Shown here: positions 28,433-39,150 of the stretch, piece by piece
Layout: every line of letters starts with the position of its first letter
Numbering within the stretch: the first letter of the stretch is position 1
Assembly: GCA_963702435.1 (NCBI GenBank)
Contig: CAVPCR010000002.1
Span: forward strand, 544,001-608,000
DNA: 64,000 bases
From: Candidatus Eiseniibacteriota bacterium
Lineage (GTDB): Bacteria > Eisenbacteria > RBG-16-71-46 > CAVPCR01
Direction: 5' to 3'
Translations under genes and position numbers: made by a program
Notes under the pieces: model-generated
Database searches by the model: none
What the model saw: the letters and a program-made list of their open reading frames with translations, nothing else
Told to the model about the DNA's origin: nothing

Positions 28433-29679
28433 CACAGGGACTCGCCCCCGAGGAGGCCGGCGACGCGGACCGCGCTCGCCACCCCATCCTCGTGGAAACC
28501 GCTGCCCCAGTAGGCGCCACAATAATACGTGCGGTTCGCACCGGCGAGCGCGGCGAAGCGCGCCTGCGCGCGGAGCGCGGGGCCCGTGTAGGTCGGGTGA
28601 TGATAGATGTAGCGACCGTGCACCGCCGACGGCACGACCGCCGCTTCGCGATTCAGCGTCACGCAGAAGGGAGTGCTCGTGGGCAGCTGCTGGAGCCGGT
28701 TCATGAAGTAGGTGACGGTCACCCGGTCGGCCGGCGTGCTCGGCAGGAAGCAGTTCCAGCTCGCCCAGGCCCGGCGGTGACGCGGCAGGAGCCGCTGGTC
28801 GGTGTGCAGCGTGACCCGGTTCTCCTGGTACGGCATGGCGCCGAGGATCGAGCGCTCCTCCGCCGTTGGATCGGCGAGGAGGGCGAGCGCCTCGTCGCTA
28901 TGCGCGGCGATGATCACCCGCTCGAAGCGCTCGCGGGGCGCGCCGGCCACCTCCACATCCACGCCGGTCGGATCGCGATGCACCAGGGTGACCCGAGCGC
29001 CGAGGCGGAGGCGCTCGCGCCAGTCGCGGGTGAGCGCCTCCACGTAGCGAGCGGCACCGCCCCTGACCGTGCGCCACACGCGCCGGCGCCGGAGGTCGAG
29101 GAGCGCGTGCCGGGTGAAGAAGCGCGTGAAGGCGAGCGCCGGGAACTCCTCTATCCGCCGCGGCTCGGTCGACCACAGGGCGGCACCCATGGGCAGGATG
29201 AGCCGCTCGGTGAACTCGGCCGAATAGCGACGGCCGGCGAGGAACTCGCCGAGCGTGAGGTCGGGATCCCCCGCCGCGGCGAAGCGGCGCGCGTCCCGGT
29301 TGAAGCGCATGATCTCAGCCAGCATGCGGTAGAAGGCGGGGCGCCACAGGTTCCGGCGCGACACGAACAGCGCGGCCGGCGAGTCGCCGCTCCACTCATC
29401 GCCTGTGCGCTCGCTCTGCACGCTGAAGCTCATGTCGCTCGGCACGGTCTCGACGACGAGCCGGGCGAGGAGGCGCGTGAACAGCGGGTAGTTGACCCGA
29501 TTGAAGACGATGAAGCCGGTGTCCACCGGGAAGCGCAGCGCGCCGTCCTCGACCTCCACTGTGTGCGTGTGACCGCCTGCGTAATCGTTGGCTTCGAGGA
29601 CCGTGACCTCGTGCCGCCTGTGCAGAAGGTAGGCGGCGACGAGGCCCGAGACGCCGGCCCCGACGATCCCGATCTTCAT
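28432..29679 (-). CDS. FAD-dependent oxidoreductase (amine-oxidase-like, fatty-acid modifying)
   Basis: IGIVGAGVSGL, GGHTHT, VDTGFIVFN..NYP, AWASWN, Y.HP, CGAYWG.GFHEDG. Confidence 0.9.
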   Translation of the reverse strand: MKIGIVGAGVSGLVAAYLLHRRHEVTVLEANDYAGGHTHTVEVEDGALRFPVDTGFIVFNRVNYPLFTRLLARLVVETVPSDMSFSVQSERTGDEWSGDSPAALFVSRRNLWRPAFYRMLAEIMRFNRDARRFAAAGDPDLTLGEFLAGRRYSAEFTERLILPMGAALWSTEPRRIEEFPALAFTRFFTRHALLDLRRRRVWRTVRGGAARYVEALTRDWRERLRLGARVTLVHRDPTGVDVEVAGAPRERFERVIIAAHSDEALALLADPTAEERSILGAMPYQENRVTLHTDQRLLPRHRRAWASWNCFLPSTPADRVTVTYFMNRLQQLPTSTPFCVTLNREAAVVPSAVHGRYIYHHPTYTGPALRAQARFAALAGANRTYYCGAYWGSGFHEDGVASAVRVAGLLGGESL

Positions 29680-30698
29680 GGTCCGGGTGGCGCTCCGCGC
29701 GCCGGCGCCGAACGGAGCGCGCGGGCGGGCACCGGGCGCAGATCGCGGATCACGCCGAGCCGGCCCAGTAGATAGAGCCCATAGTAGGTGAGATCCAGCT
29801 CCCACCAGAAGAAGCCCTGGCGCACCGCACCGGGATAGTGGTGGTGATTGTTGTGCCAGCCCTCGCCCATCGTGATGACGGCGAGGACCGCGTTGTTGCG
29901 GCTCGAGTCGCCGGTCGCGTAGCGGCGGGTACCGAACAGGTGGGAGAGCGAGTTGATGGTGAAGGACCCGTGGTGGAGAACGACCGTCGAGACGAAGAAG
30001 CCCCACACCAGCATCTGGGCCCCGCTCGTGCCGAGGCCGGGCGCGATCGCGTCGAGCCAGGCGCCGAGCCCGTAGAGGGAGAGGGCGAGCGCGATCACGA
30101 CGAGGACGTGACCGCGGTTGAGGAAGCGCAGCTCCGGGAAGCGGGCCAGGTCGGGCACCAGCTCGATCCGGGTGGGCACGTTCGTGTGCGAGAGGAACCA
30201 GCCGACGTGACTCCAGAGGAATCCCCACACCACCGGCGAGTGGGCGTCGGCGGGCTGATCGGAGGAGCGATGGTGGATGCGATGGTGCGCCGCCCACCAC
30301 AGGGGTCCCTGCTGGACGGCGGAGGCGCCGAGCACGGCGAAGACGAGCTGCCACCCACGCGAGGCCTTGAACGTGCGGTGCGAGAAGTAGCGATGGTAGA
30401 AACCGGTAAGCGCGAACATGCGGAGCACATAGAGGAAGGCGGCCACGGCGAGCGCGATCGGGCTCACGCCGACGACCACGACGAGGAGACAGCCGAGATG
30501 GAGCGCGATGTACGGGAGAGCGCCGATCCAGTCGCCGAGCGTGAAGCGCGGAGGCTTGAGACGCACCCACGGGGCAGACGACGAGCTCGCTGCCGATCCC
30601 GGCGCCGAGCTCGCTGCCGATCCCGGCGCCGAGCTCGCTGCCGATGCCGGTGCGGCGTTCGCCGCCGGGGCTGGCGGGATGATCGTTTCGAGTTCCAT
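29676..30698 (-). CDS. Acyl-CoA/acyl-lipid (delta-9-type) desaturase
   Basis: Three His boxes: HRYFSH, HRIHH, HNNHH. Also INSLSH and GEGWH. Confidence 0.92.
   Translation of the reverse strand: MELETIIPPAPAANAAPASAASSAPGSAASSAPGSAASSSSAPWVRLKPPRFTLGDWIGALPYIALHLGCLLVVVVGVSPIALAVAAFLYVLRMFALTGFYHRYFSHRTFKASRGWQLVFAVLGASAVQQGPLWWAAHHRIHHRSSDQPADAHSPVVWGFLWSHVGWFLSHTNVPTRIELVPDLARFPELRFLNRGHVLVVIALALSLYGLGAWLDAIAPGLGTSGAQMLVWGFFVSTVVLHHGSFTINSLSHLFGTRRYATGDSSRNNAVLAVITMGEGWHNNHHHYPGAVRQGFFWWELDLTYYGLYLLGRLGVIRDLRPVPARALRSAPARGAPPGP
30582..30645. repeat. 24-bp in-frame tandem repeat (about 2.7 copies) in the desaturase N-terminus
   Basis: CGAGCTCGCTGCCGATCCCGGCGC, encoding SAASSAPG repeats. Confidence 0.8.
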
Positions 30699-30857
30699 CG
30701 CGAGAGCCGTCCTCTCTTCCCGGAGTCTGGGCAGCGCCGGCAGGCAGCGCGCCACCCGTCGGTGGATTCCCCTGGCGCCCGGACCGGGGTGGCTCAGAGG
30801 ACCGTGAGTATCGGAGAGCGGGCGGTCCCGGTCAATGCGCCAAACGCGGCCGCGAGG

Positions 30858-31379
30858 TCAGGGGCGCCGGCCGGCGCGGGCGGCCGCGATGGCCCACGCG
30901 GCCGCCGCCCCCGATTCGGCGAAGGTGTGAATGGGCGGCGCCTCGTGTCCTTCGCGCGCCATCTCCCAGCTCCCGAGCGCCGCCACCGGCACGCCGATCT
31001 TGAGCGCCAGCGCGATCTCGGACAGGGTGCCGTAGCTCCCGCCGACGGCCACGAGCGCCTCGGCCGTGTGCACGAGGATCACGTTCCGCGCGTGCCCGAG
31101 ATCGGTCACGATCGGGATCGTGATCCACGGATTGGCGTCGGCCGCGCACGCTCCCGGCAGGATGCCGATCGTCTGTCCACCCGCCTCCCGGGCGCCGCGG
31201 GCCGCCGCCGTCATGACCCCGCCGAGCCCCCCGGTGACGACGACTGCGCCGGCGCGCGCGAGCGCGGCGCCGAGCTGCTCGGCGAGCGTCATCGCGTTCG
31301 CCAGTCCGGGATCGTCGCCCGCCCCCGCACCGGAGACGGCGATGCGGAGCGGCGGCTCGCGATCGGCGGCCGCCGCCAC
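30858..31379 (-). CDS. LOG-family nucleotide-binding protein (TIGR00725-like)
   Basis: VVTGGLGGVM.AA.RGA...GILPG, ARNVILV, GGSYGTLSEIALA. Confidence 0.88.
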   Translation of the reverse strand: MAAAADREPPLRIAVSGAGAGDDPGLANAMTLAEQLGAALARAGAVVVTGGLGGVMTAAARGAREAGGQTIGILPGACAADANPWITIPIVTDLGHARNVILVHTAEALVAVGGSYGTLSEIALALKIGVPVAALGSWEMAREGHEAPPIHTFAESGAAAAWAIAAARAGRRP

Positions 31380-31381
31380 GG

Positions 31382-32686
<1,305 letters not shown>

Positions 32687-32709
32687 GACGCTGGCTCCCT
32701 GTGTTGGCG

Positions 32710-33213
32710 CTAGCTCCGCTGCTCGCGCGCCACCCGCGCCTCGAGATGAGGCAGGATGCGCGCGAGATGGAGCTCGATGCGGCGGAGACAATCGGCGTAG
32801 ATCTCCGGCGAGCCGCCCATCGGGTCATGAATGCCCTCGGGTTCGGCGCCGGGTGCAGCAGCGAACTCGCTCAGGAGGAAGATGCGCGCGCTCGCCGCCG
32901 GAGCGAGGCGCCGGGCGGCGGCCACGTGCTCCTCTTCCATCCCGAAGACGAGATCAGCACCGCTCACGAGACGTGCGGTGAGCGGTTGCGAGCGATGAGC
33001 GCCGAGATCGAGCCCCCGGGCGGCTCCGGCGGCGATCGCCGCCCGGGTGGCCGGGCTCACGCCGTCGGCCGCGATGCCGGCCGAAGCGACCCTAGACCGC
33101 GCGGCGAGCTCGGGGCTGAGGAGCTGCTTCAGCAGCGCCTCCGCCAGCGGGCTCCGGCAGGTGTTGCCCGTGCACACGAAGAGCACGCTGAAGGGCCGAT
33201 CAAGCGGGTTCAC
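32710..33213 (-). CDS. Low-molecular-weight protein phosphatase (YwlE-like arginine/tyrosine phosphatase)
   Basis: P-loop FVCTGNTCRSPLAE and IHDPMGG. Confidence 0.9.
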   Translation of the reverse strand: MNPLDRPFSVLFVCTGNTCRSPLAEALLKQLLSPELAARSRVASAGIAADGVSPATRAAIAAGAARGLDLGAHRSQPLTARLVSGADLVFGMEEEHVAAARRLAPAASARIFLLSEFAAAPGAEPEGIHDPMGGSPEIYADCLRRIELHLARILPHLEARVAREQRS

Positions 33214-33219
33214 GGCGGG

Positions 33220-33248
33220 ATGCTACGGCCGCCCGCGACGAGTGTCAA
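33220..33248 (-). promoter_or_regulatory. Sigma70 promoter positioned to give a leaderless LMW-phosphatase mRNA
   Basis: TTGACA-N17-TAGCAT-N6-GTG. The -35 element contains the tsaC stop codon. Confidence 0.65.
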
Positions 33249-33916
33249 GATTCGCGGCCGCGCGGACGCACGAGACGCGCGAGTCGCTCGAGATCCACGC
33301 GCGCTGCGCCGGCGCGCACGAGCGCCGGCGGATCCGCCGTGAGATCGATGATGGTCGAGGGCTGCCCGCCCGTGAGCACACCGCCGTCGGCGAGGACATC
33401 GATGGCGGCGCCGAACGTGCCGGCGATGAGGTCCGGATCGTCGAGCGGTCGTTCGCCCTGACGATTGACCGAGGTCGAGATGATCGGTACACCGATCGCG
33501 GCGATGAGCGCGGTGAGGCGCCGATCGCGCGGCCAGCGCACGGCGACCGTGCCCGCCGGGCCGCGAAGGAGCGGCGGGAGATCGGGCCGGGCGCGGAGAA
33601 GGAACGTCACCGGACCCGGCCAGATGCCATCGAGCGCCGCCGCCGGCGGCGGCTCCCCCGTGAGGAGCGCGAGGGCGCGCCGCTCGCCGATCAAGAGGAG
33701 GAACGGCGCGCTGTCCGCGCGGCCCTTGAGCGCTGCGATGCGCGCGATCGCCGCCGGATGGTCGTAGCGCGCGGAGAATCCGTAGAGCGTGTCGGTGGGC
33801 AGGACGGCGACCCCGCCCGCGCGGATCGTGTCCGCCAGCGCGACGAGCCCCGCCTCCTCCCCGCTCGCCAGCGCGAGACGCAGCATCGGGCGCCCTCGAG
33901 GTGATCCGGACGTCAC
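33245..33916 (-). CDS. tsaC: Threonylcarbamoyl-AMP synthase (Sua5/YrdC)
   Basis: GGVAVLPTDTLYG, LKGR, WPGPVT, VAVR.P, STSVN, PSTIIDL. Confidence 0.88.
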   Translation of the reverse strand: MTSGSPRGRPMLRLALASGEEAGLVALADTIRAGGVAVLPTDTLYGFSARYDHPAAIARIAALKGRADSAPFLLLIGERRALALLTGEPPPAAALDGIWPGPVTFLLRARPDLPPLLRGPAGTVAVRWPRDRRLTALIAAIGVPIISTSVNRQGERPLDDPDLIAGTFGAAIDVLADGGVLTGGQPSTIIDLTADPPALVRAGAARVDLERLARLVRPRGRES

Positions 33917-34395
33917 ACCGCGCCGCCGACTCCCGACTGCAGCTCCGCGCTGAACCGCTCGAGTCGCTCGGCGATCACCGGATCGGCGAGCGCCAGGAGC
34001 CGCGCCGTGAAGATGGCCGCGTTCCGCGCCCCCGCCTTGCCGATGGCCATGGTCGCCACCGGGACGCCGGCCGGCATCTGCACGGTCGAGAGGAGCGAGT
34101 CGAGACCGAGGAGCGAGGAACCGGGGAGCGGCACGCCGATCACCGGCAGGTTCGTGTGCGAGGCGACCACGCCGCCGAGATGAGCGGCCATGCCGGCGCC
34201 GGCGATCAGCACCTTGAGCCCGCGGGCGGCCGCCTCTTTCGCGTAGCGCGCGGTCCGCTCCGGATTCCGGTGCGCCGACATGACGTGCACCTCGTACGGA
34301 ATGCCGAAGCGATCGAGATACTCGCCCGCCGCGGCCATCACCTCGCGATCGGACTCCGAGCCGAAGACCACTCCAACAGTGGGCTTGTCCGCCAC
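33913..34395 (-). CDS. purE: N5-CAIR mutase
   Basis: GSESD, SAHRNP, IAGAGMAAHL.G, LPVIGVP, VQMPAGVPVAT, GARNAA. Confidence 0.95.
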   Translation of the reverse strand: MADKPTVGVVFGSESDREVMAAAGEYLDRFGIPYEVHVMSAHRNPERTARYAKEAAARGLKVLIAGAGMAAHLGGVVASHTNLPVIGVPLPGSSLLGLDSLLSTVQMPAGVPVATMAIGKAGARNAAIFTARLLALADPVIAERLERFSAELQSGVGGAV

Positions 34396-34422
34396 GTCTG
34401 CTCTCCCTTCGGCGCCCGCGTC

Positions 34423-35718
34423 CTAGCGGCGGGCGAGTGCTTTCTGGCCGATGTCGCGACGCATCTGCATGCCGTCGAACGCAATCGCGTCGGCGGCGCG
34501 ATAGGCGCGGGCGAGCGCGCTGGCGAGGTCCGCGCCGACACCGGTGACGCCAAGCACGCGCCCGCCGGCGGTCACCAGATCCTCGCCCACCTGCCTGGTG
34601 CCCGCATGGAAGACCACCACGCTACCTGAGGCGTCGCGGGCGGCGAGGCCGCGGATCGGGGCGCCGATCCGCGGCGCGTCCGGATAGCCCGGCGCGGCGA
34701 GCACGACGCAGGCCGCCGCCTGCGCCGCCGGCGCGGGCGGCGCGAGCGTCGCGCCGGCGGGCAAGGCCCCGCGGGCCGCGGCGAGGACCAGCGCGCCGAA
34801 GCCGTCCCCGACGAGCGGCAGCACCGCCTGCGCCTCCGGATCGCCGAGCCGTGCATTGTACTCGACCACACGCGGCACTCCGTTCTCGATCATCAGACCG
34901 ACGTAGAGGAACCCGCGGTACGGCGTCCCCAGCTCGCGGAGCCCGGCGAGCGTGGGCTCGACGATGGTCGCGAGCGCGCGCGCGAGGAGCGCGCGATCGA
35001 GGACCACCGACGGCGCGAAGGCGCCCATGCCGCCCGTGTTCGGTCCCGTGTCACCGTCGCCGAGCCGCTTGTGGTCCTCCGCCGTGGGCAGGACGACGTA
35101 GCGCTCGCCGTCGGTGAGGAGGAAGAGGCTCGCCTCCTCCCCCGTCATGCGGCGCTCGATGAGCACGCGACGGCCGGCGTCGCCGAAGACACCGTCGCGC
35201 ATCATGCGATCGACCGCGGCCAGCGCCTCGCTCTCCGACTCGGCGACGACCACGCCCTTCCCGGCGGCGAGGCCGTCCGCCTTGATCACGATCGGCGTCC
35301 CGACCGCGCGCACGTGGGCGACGGCGGCGCCGGCCTCGGTGAAGACCTGCGCCTCCGCGGTGGGGATGCCGAGCGCGCGCATGAACTCCTTGGCGAACGC
35401 TTTCGACCCCTCGAGCCGGGCGGCGGCCGCCGACGGCCCGGCAACCGGGATGCCGGCCGCGTGGAGGCGGTCGGCGAGACCGGCGACGAGCGGCGCTTCC
35501 GGACCGACCACGACGAGATCGACGGCCTCCTCGCGCGCCGCGCCGAGCAGGCCGTCGACATCGGTGGCCGCGATCGCGAGACAGCGCGCATGCGCGGCGA
35601 TCCCCGGGTTCCCGGGCGCGGCGAGGAGCTGGCCGATGGCAGGATCGCCGGCAAGCCGCCAGGCGAGCGCGTGCTCGCGGGCGCCGCCGCCGACCAGGAG
35701 CGTTTTCACCGGAGTCAT
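34423..35718 (-). CDS. purD: Phosphoribosylamine--glycine ligase
   Basis: GGGAREHALAW, APGNPG, VGPEAPL, LEGSKAFAK, KADGLAAGKGV, DHKR..DGDTGPNTGGMG, EYNARLGDPE, GGRVL. Confidence 0.95.
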   Translation of the reverse strand: MTPVKTLLVGGGAREHALAWRLAGDPAIGQLLAAPGNPGIAAHARCLAIAATDVDGLLGAAREEAVDLVVVGPEAPLVAGLADRLHAAGIPVAGPSAAAARLEGSKAFAKEFMRALGIPTAEAQVFTEAGAAVAHVRAVGTPIVIKADGLAAGKGVVVAESESEALAAVDRMMRDGVFGDAGRRVLIERRMTGEEASLFLLTDGERYVVLPTAEDHKRLGDGDTGPNTGGMGAFAPSVVLDRALLARALATIVEPTLAGLRELGTPYRGFLYVGLMIENGVPRVVEYNARLGDPEAQAVLPLVGDGFGALVLAAARGALPAGATLAPPAPAAQAAACVVLAAPGYPDAPRIGAPIRGLAARDASGSVVVFHAGTRQVGEDLVTAGGRVLGVTGVGADLASALARAYRAADAIAFDGMQMRRDIGQKALARR

Positions 35719-35797
35719 CCTGGACTGGGGGTGGACGGGTGCGGGTCCTTCAGGTGGCGGGAAGCCTAACGCGCGCCGGCCTTCCCCGCAAGCGCAC

Positions 35798-35846
35798 GCA
35801 AGCGAACCGGCGCGTCACCTCCTCGGGTGACGCGCCGGTCGCTTGC
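35798..35846. other. Long GC-rich hairpin between pilQ and purD
   Basis: GCAAGCGA(A)CCGGCGCGTCACC-TCCTCG-GGTGACGCGCCGGTCGCTTGC: about a 21-bp stem with one bulge and no U-tract. Confidence 0.7.
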
Positions 35847-35900
35847 AGCCGCCGGGCCGGTGCCGCCCGGATGGGACCTTCCGGCCCGCTCGATCCTCGC

Positions 35901-37730
35901 CTACCCCACGATGCGCGGGGTGATGAAGATCATGAGCTCGCGCTTCTGCTTGACCGTGCTCGTCGAGCTGAAGAGCCAGCCGAGGCCTGGAATGTCCTTG
36001 AGCCACGGAATCCCACGCACTGCCGTCCCCTCGTTCTCTCGAATGAGGCCACCGATCACCGCCGTTTCACCATCGTTCACGAGCACGCGGGTGTCGGCCT
36101 CTGCCGTGTTGATGATGATCCCACCCTGGACCGTCGACTGCGACGAGAGGTCGGACACCTCTGGATGAACGTCGAGCTCAATCTGGCGATCCGAGTTGAT
36201 GTGCGGCTTCACGCTGAGCTTGATCCCGATCTGCTTGAGCTGGACCACGGTATTGAAAGCCTGGTCCTGCACGATGAGCGGGATTTCCTGCCCGACGATG
36301 ATGGCCGCTTCGCGGTTGTTCACTGTAGTGATGCGGGGGTTCGAGATGATGTTGGCGTCGCGGTCGTCGGCGAGGGCCTGCAGCACCATGTCGAGCGTCC
36401 AGTTCGGACGGAGAACGCCGACGTTCAACTCGCCCGCAGCTCCGGCGATCGGGTTGTTCGAGTCGAAGCTCTGCGCCCGACCTAGATCACCGGCGCCGTC
36501 CTCGGTGATGGTCAGATTCCAGTCGATGCCCAGGTCGGTCGAGCTGCTCACGTCGATGTCAACGATCTTCGACTCGATCTGCACCTGCGGAGTCCTGGTG
36601 TCGAGCTGACCGATCAGCGCCTCGGCCGCCCGCACCCGCTCGCCGATGTCAGTGATGATGATCGAGTTGGTGCGCAAGTCGATCTCGGCGTGGCCGCGCG
36701 GCGTCCACAGCTTCTCGACCGAGGTCTTCATCTCGTCGGCCTTGGCGAAGTTCAAGGGGATGACGCGCGTCTCGAGCGGGAGCAGCTCCTCGGCTTTGCG
36801 CTCGGCGGTCTGGTGGTCGACCTGCTCCTTGCGCAGCTGATCGAGCGACGCGATGCGCAGGACGCCCTCCTCATCAGTGAAGCCGAGGCCACGAGTCATG
36901 AGAACCATGTCGAGGGCCTGCGGCCACGGTACGTCCTCCAGGCGGACGGTGACGTCGCCACTCACCTGCTCGTTCGAAACGATGTTCTTGCCAGCGATCT
37001 CGGCCAGCGTGCGCAGCACTGTCTGGATCGAAGCCCGCTGCACGTCGAGCGTGACTTTCTTCTCCTGGCCGGGCCGATCCTCGAGGCGGGCACTGCCGGA
37101 GAGCTCGTAGCCAGGGGTGTGCACCTCTTTGTACTCGCCCCTGGGCTCGATGACAAAAAGGGGCTTGCCGGACTTGCCGGCTGCCGCTGGGACCGCCGCC
37201 GGACCCTGCGAATGGCCATCGGGCTCGGCCCGGATCTCCGCCGCGGCCAGGAGCGGTCCCTCCGCCACGGCGGGCTCCTGGACGAGACGACTCTCGTCAT
37301 AGCCGAGACCATCGGCGGAACTGCCCGGATCGAGCACTACGATGAGCCCGTTCGGACGGGAAGCAATCGAGTAGGCCGAGCTGCCGGTGAGCTCGAAAAC
37401 GATCCGGCTCACGCTGGTCCCGTCCTCCGCAGTTCGCTCCGACGTCGAGACCGAGCGCACGCAGCTTCCCGTTGACTTGAAGTCCAGCCGTGGCGGGAGG
37501 AGGCTCGTCGCTCCCAGGAAGTCGATGACCAAGCGCTCCGGATTGGGGAGTATGAAGTCCTCGTAGCGCATGGGACCGTCGGTCTCGAGGGTGAGCTGGG
37601 TCATGCTGCCTCGTTCCTCGACGCCGACGTGCTTCACGACCGCTGCAGTGGCCGCGGAGCCGGCGAGAATCTGGGCGGCAATGAGGATCGCCGGCAGTAG
37701 GAGCTGGCGAGCCGGACGATTCTGGTTCAT
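35901..37730 (-). CDS. pilQ: Type IV pilus secretin (AMIN - N domains - secretin)
   Basis: F.LPNPERLVIDF (AMIN), VTVRLEDVPW.QAL, QLDTRTPQVQIESKIV, IISNPRITT.NN.EA.I..G, V.DGETAVIGGL, GIPWLKDIP.LG.LF, ELMIFITPRIV. Confidence 0.92.
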   Translation of the reverse strand: MNQNRPARQLLLPAILIAAQILAGSAATAAVVKHVGVEERGSMTQLTLETDGPMRYEDFILPNPERLVIDFLGATSLLPPRLDFKSTGSCVRSVSTSERTAEDGTSVSRIVFELTGSSAYSIASRPNGLIVVLDPGSSADGLGYDESRLVQEPAVAEGPLLAAAEIRAEPDGHSQGPAAVPAAAGKSGKPLFVIEPRGEYKEVHTPGYELSGSARLEDRPGQEKKVTLDVQRASIQTVLRTLAEIAGKNIVSNEQVSGDVTVRLEDVPWPQALDMVLMTRGLGFTDEEGVLRIASLDQLRKEQVDHQTAERKAEELLPLETRVIPLNFAKADEMKTSVEKLWTPRGHAEIDLRTNSIIITDIGERVRAAEALIGQLDTRTPQVQIESKIVDIDVSSSTDLGIDWNLTITEDGAGDLGRAQSFDSNNPIAGAAGELNVGVLRPNWTLDMVLQALADDRDANIISNPRITTVNNREAAIIVGQEIPLIVQDQAFNTVVQLKQIGIKLSVKPHINSDRQIELDVHPEVSDLSSQSTVQGGIIINTAEADTRVLVNDGETAVIGGLIRENEGTAVRGIPWLKDIPGLGWLFSSTSTVKQKRELMIFITPRIVG

Positions 37731-37731
37731 G

Positions 37732-38472
37732 TTAGTCACCCTCGCGAATAGGAAGTTCAATGGTGATCGTGGTGGACTCGCCGGCCGAGGTCTGGAGGAA
37801 CGTCACCGAGTCGCGCTCGATGCGCAGCACCCTGCCACTGCGCACGGGATCACCCTCACGGAGGGCGCGCCCGAAGCCGCGGCTGTCCTCGACCATGGCG
37901 AAACGGTCGATCTCGTCCCAGGCAATGCCGACGAGCTTCATGTCGCCGACATCGACGAGCCCCACCTCTCCTGCGGACTCGAAGTCCCCGCTGACGAGCG
38001 AGGCGAATGGATCGCGCCGCCCGAGGGAAGCGTAGTAGTAGGGTTTGCGCACCCAGTGGGCCAGGCGGTCGGTGGGATCACCTTCCGGCTCCCCCCGGAC
38101 CACCTCCCCCCCCTCCGCACTCATCACCGATTCCTCGACCGCGGCATCCGTGGGTGCCATGACCTCGGCCCCGGCGAGCACGGACGCCGGCGATTGCGCC
38201 TTCTCGACCGCCGTCGCCGCGGACTTCGCCTTGGCAACCGCCGCCGCCGGCACGCTGGGTGAGATGGCCTGACCACGGACGTCCGACGTGGCTGCCGCGG
38301 GCTGCCCCGCGACTACACCAGACCCGGGGCCCACACCGGCCTTGACCACTGCGGGCTTCGTCGCGAGTCCACCGCTGCCCCGTCTGCTGTTCAACATCGT
38401 GGTGCCACCGACTGCCGCCGCGACGAGGAGAACGGCAGCCAGGATGGCTTTCTTGTTTCGCCAGGGCCTCAC
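37732..38472 (-). CDS. pilP: Type IV pilus assembly protein PilP-like, with a low-complexity N-terminal linker
   Basis: Y.SLGRRDPF, MKLVGI, AMVEDSRG.G..LREGD. Lies between pilO and pilQ. Confidence 0.7.
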   Translation of the reverse strand: MRPWRNKKAILAAVLLVAAAVGGTTMLNSRRGSGGLATKPAVVKAGVGPGSGVVAGQPAAATSDVRGQAISPSVPAAAVAKAKSAATAVEKAQSPASVLAGAEVMAPTDAAVEESVMSAEGGEVVRGEPEGDPTDRLAHWVRKPYYYASLGRRDPFASLVSGDFESAGEVGLVDVGDMKLVGIAWDEIDRFAMVEDSRGFGRALREGDPVRSGRVLRIERDSVTFLQTSAGESTTITIELPIREGD

Positions 38473-39086
38473 TTCTTCCCCTCCGCGTTCTCGGACTCAG
38501 CCGCGGGCTTCGCCGCGTTCTCCTGGAACGCGTAGGCCTCAGCGGTGAACGACGCGACTACGGTGCGGTCGGGATTCTTCTCGTCCGCATCTGTCGTCGT
38601 CATGTTCAGGTTAGTGATGTTCACAATGCGATCAAGATTGGCGACCTCGGCCAGGAACCGCCCCACCTCGTGGTACCCGCCTTCCACGCGAAGCTGCGTC
38701 GGATAGGTGACGTAGAAGTCGCCAGCCTGTGGCGCGGCCGGCTGGAACAGGGCGAAATCGATGCCCGACTCCTGGCCGGCCAGGGTCACCTTGGTGAGAA
38801 GTCCGGCGATCTCCTTCGAGGTGGGAAGGAGCTCGGACATGATCTCCCAGCGCTCATGCACCTCGGCGCACTCGCGCTCGAGCGCCGGCATGTTAGCCAC
38901 CGCGGCGCGGGCCTTGGCGACGTCGCCCGAGAGATCGGCGAGCTCGGCCTCGACCAGGGCGGCCTCAGCAGCACGCGCCTTGTAGGTGAAAGGCACGTGC
39001 GTCGTGAAGAAGTAAGCGTAGATCACGCCAAGGCCCAGGACCGAGACCAGGATGATGCGCTGGGTGCGCGGTTCACGCAGATTCAT
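38469..39086 (-). CDS. pilO: Type IV pilus assembly protein PilO
   Basis: TM plus coiled coil, LLPTSKEIAGLL, G.YHEVGRFL.EVANLDRIVNI. Confidence 0.88.
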   Translation of the reverse strand: MNLREPRTQRIILVSVLGLGVIYAYFFTTHVPFTYKARAAEAALVEAELADLSGDVAKARAAVANMPALERECAEVHERWEIMSELLPTSKEIAGLLTKVTLAGQESGIDFALFQPAAPQAGDFYVTYPTQLRVEGGYHEVGRFLAEVANLDRIVNITNLNMTTTDADEKNPDRTVVASFTAEAYAFQENAAKPAAESENAEGKK

Positions 39087-39150
39087 CGCTCACGCCCCGC
39101 TTGCGGTGATAGGTTCCTTGTCACAGATCGGAACGCCTAGCGCGCTCCGC

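Noticed and set aside
30699..30810. Cobalamin or other known riboswitch upstream of the desaturase
   Set aside because: A GGGAA is present but the other conserved B12-element motifs are not recognisable.
32687..32709. Missing rpiB between the LMW phosphatase and glyA as a deletion scar
   Set aside because: The gap is only 23 bp with a normal RBS. Variation in gene order is ordinary and no remnant is visible.
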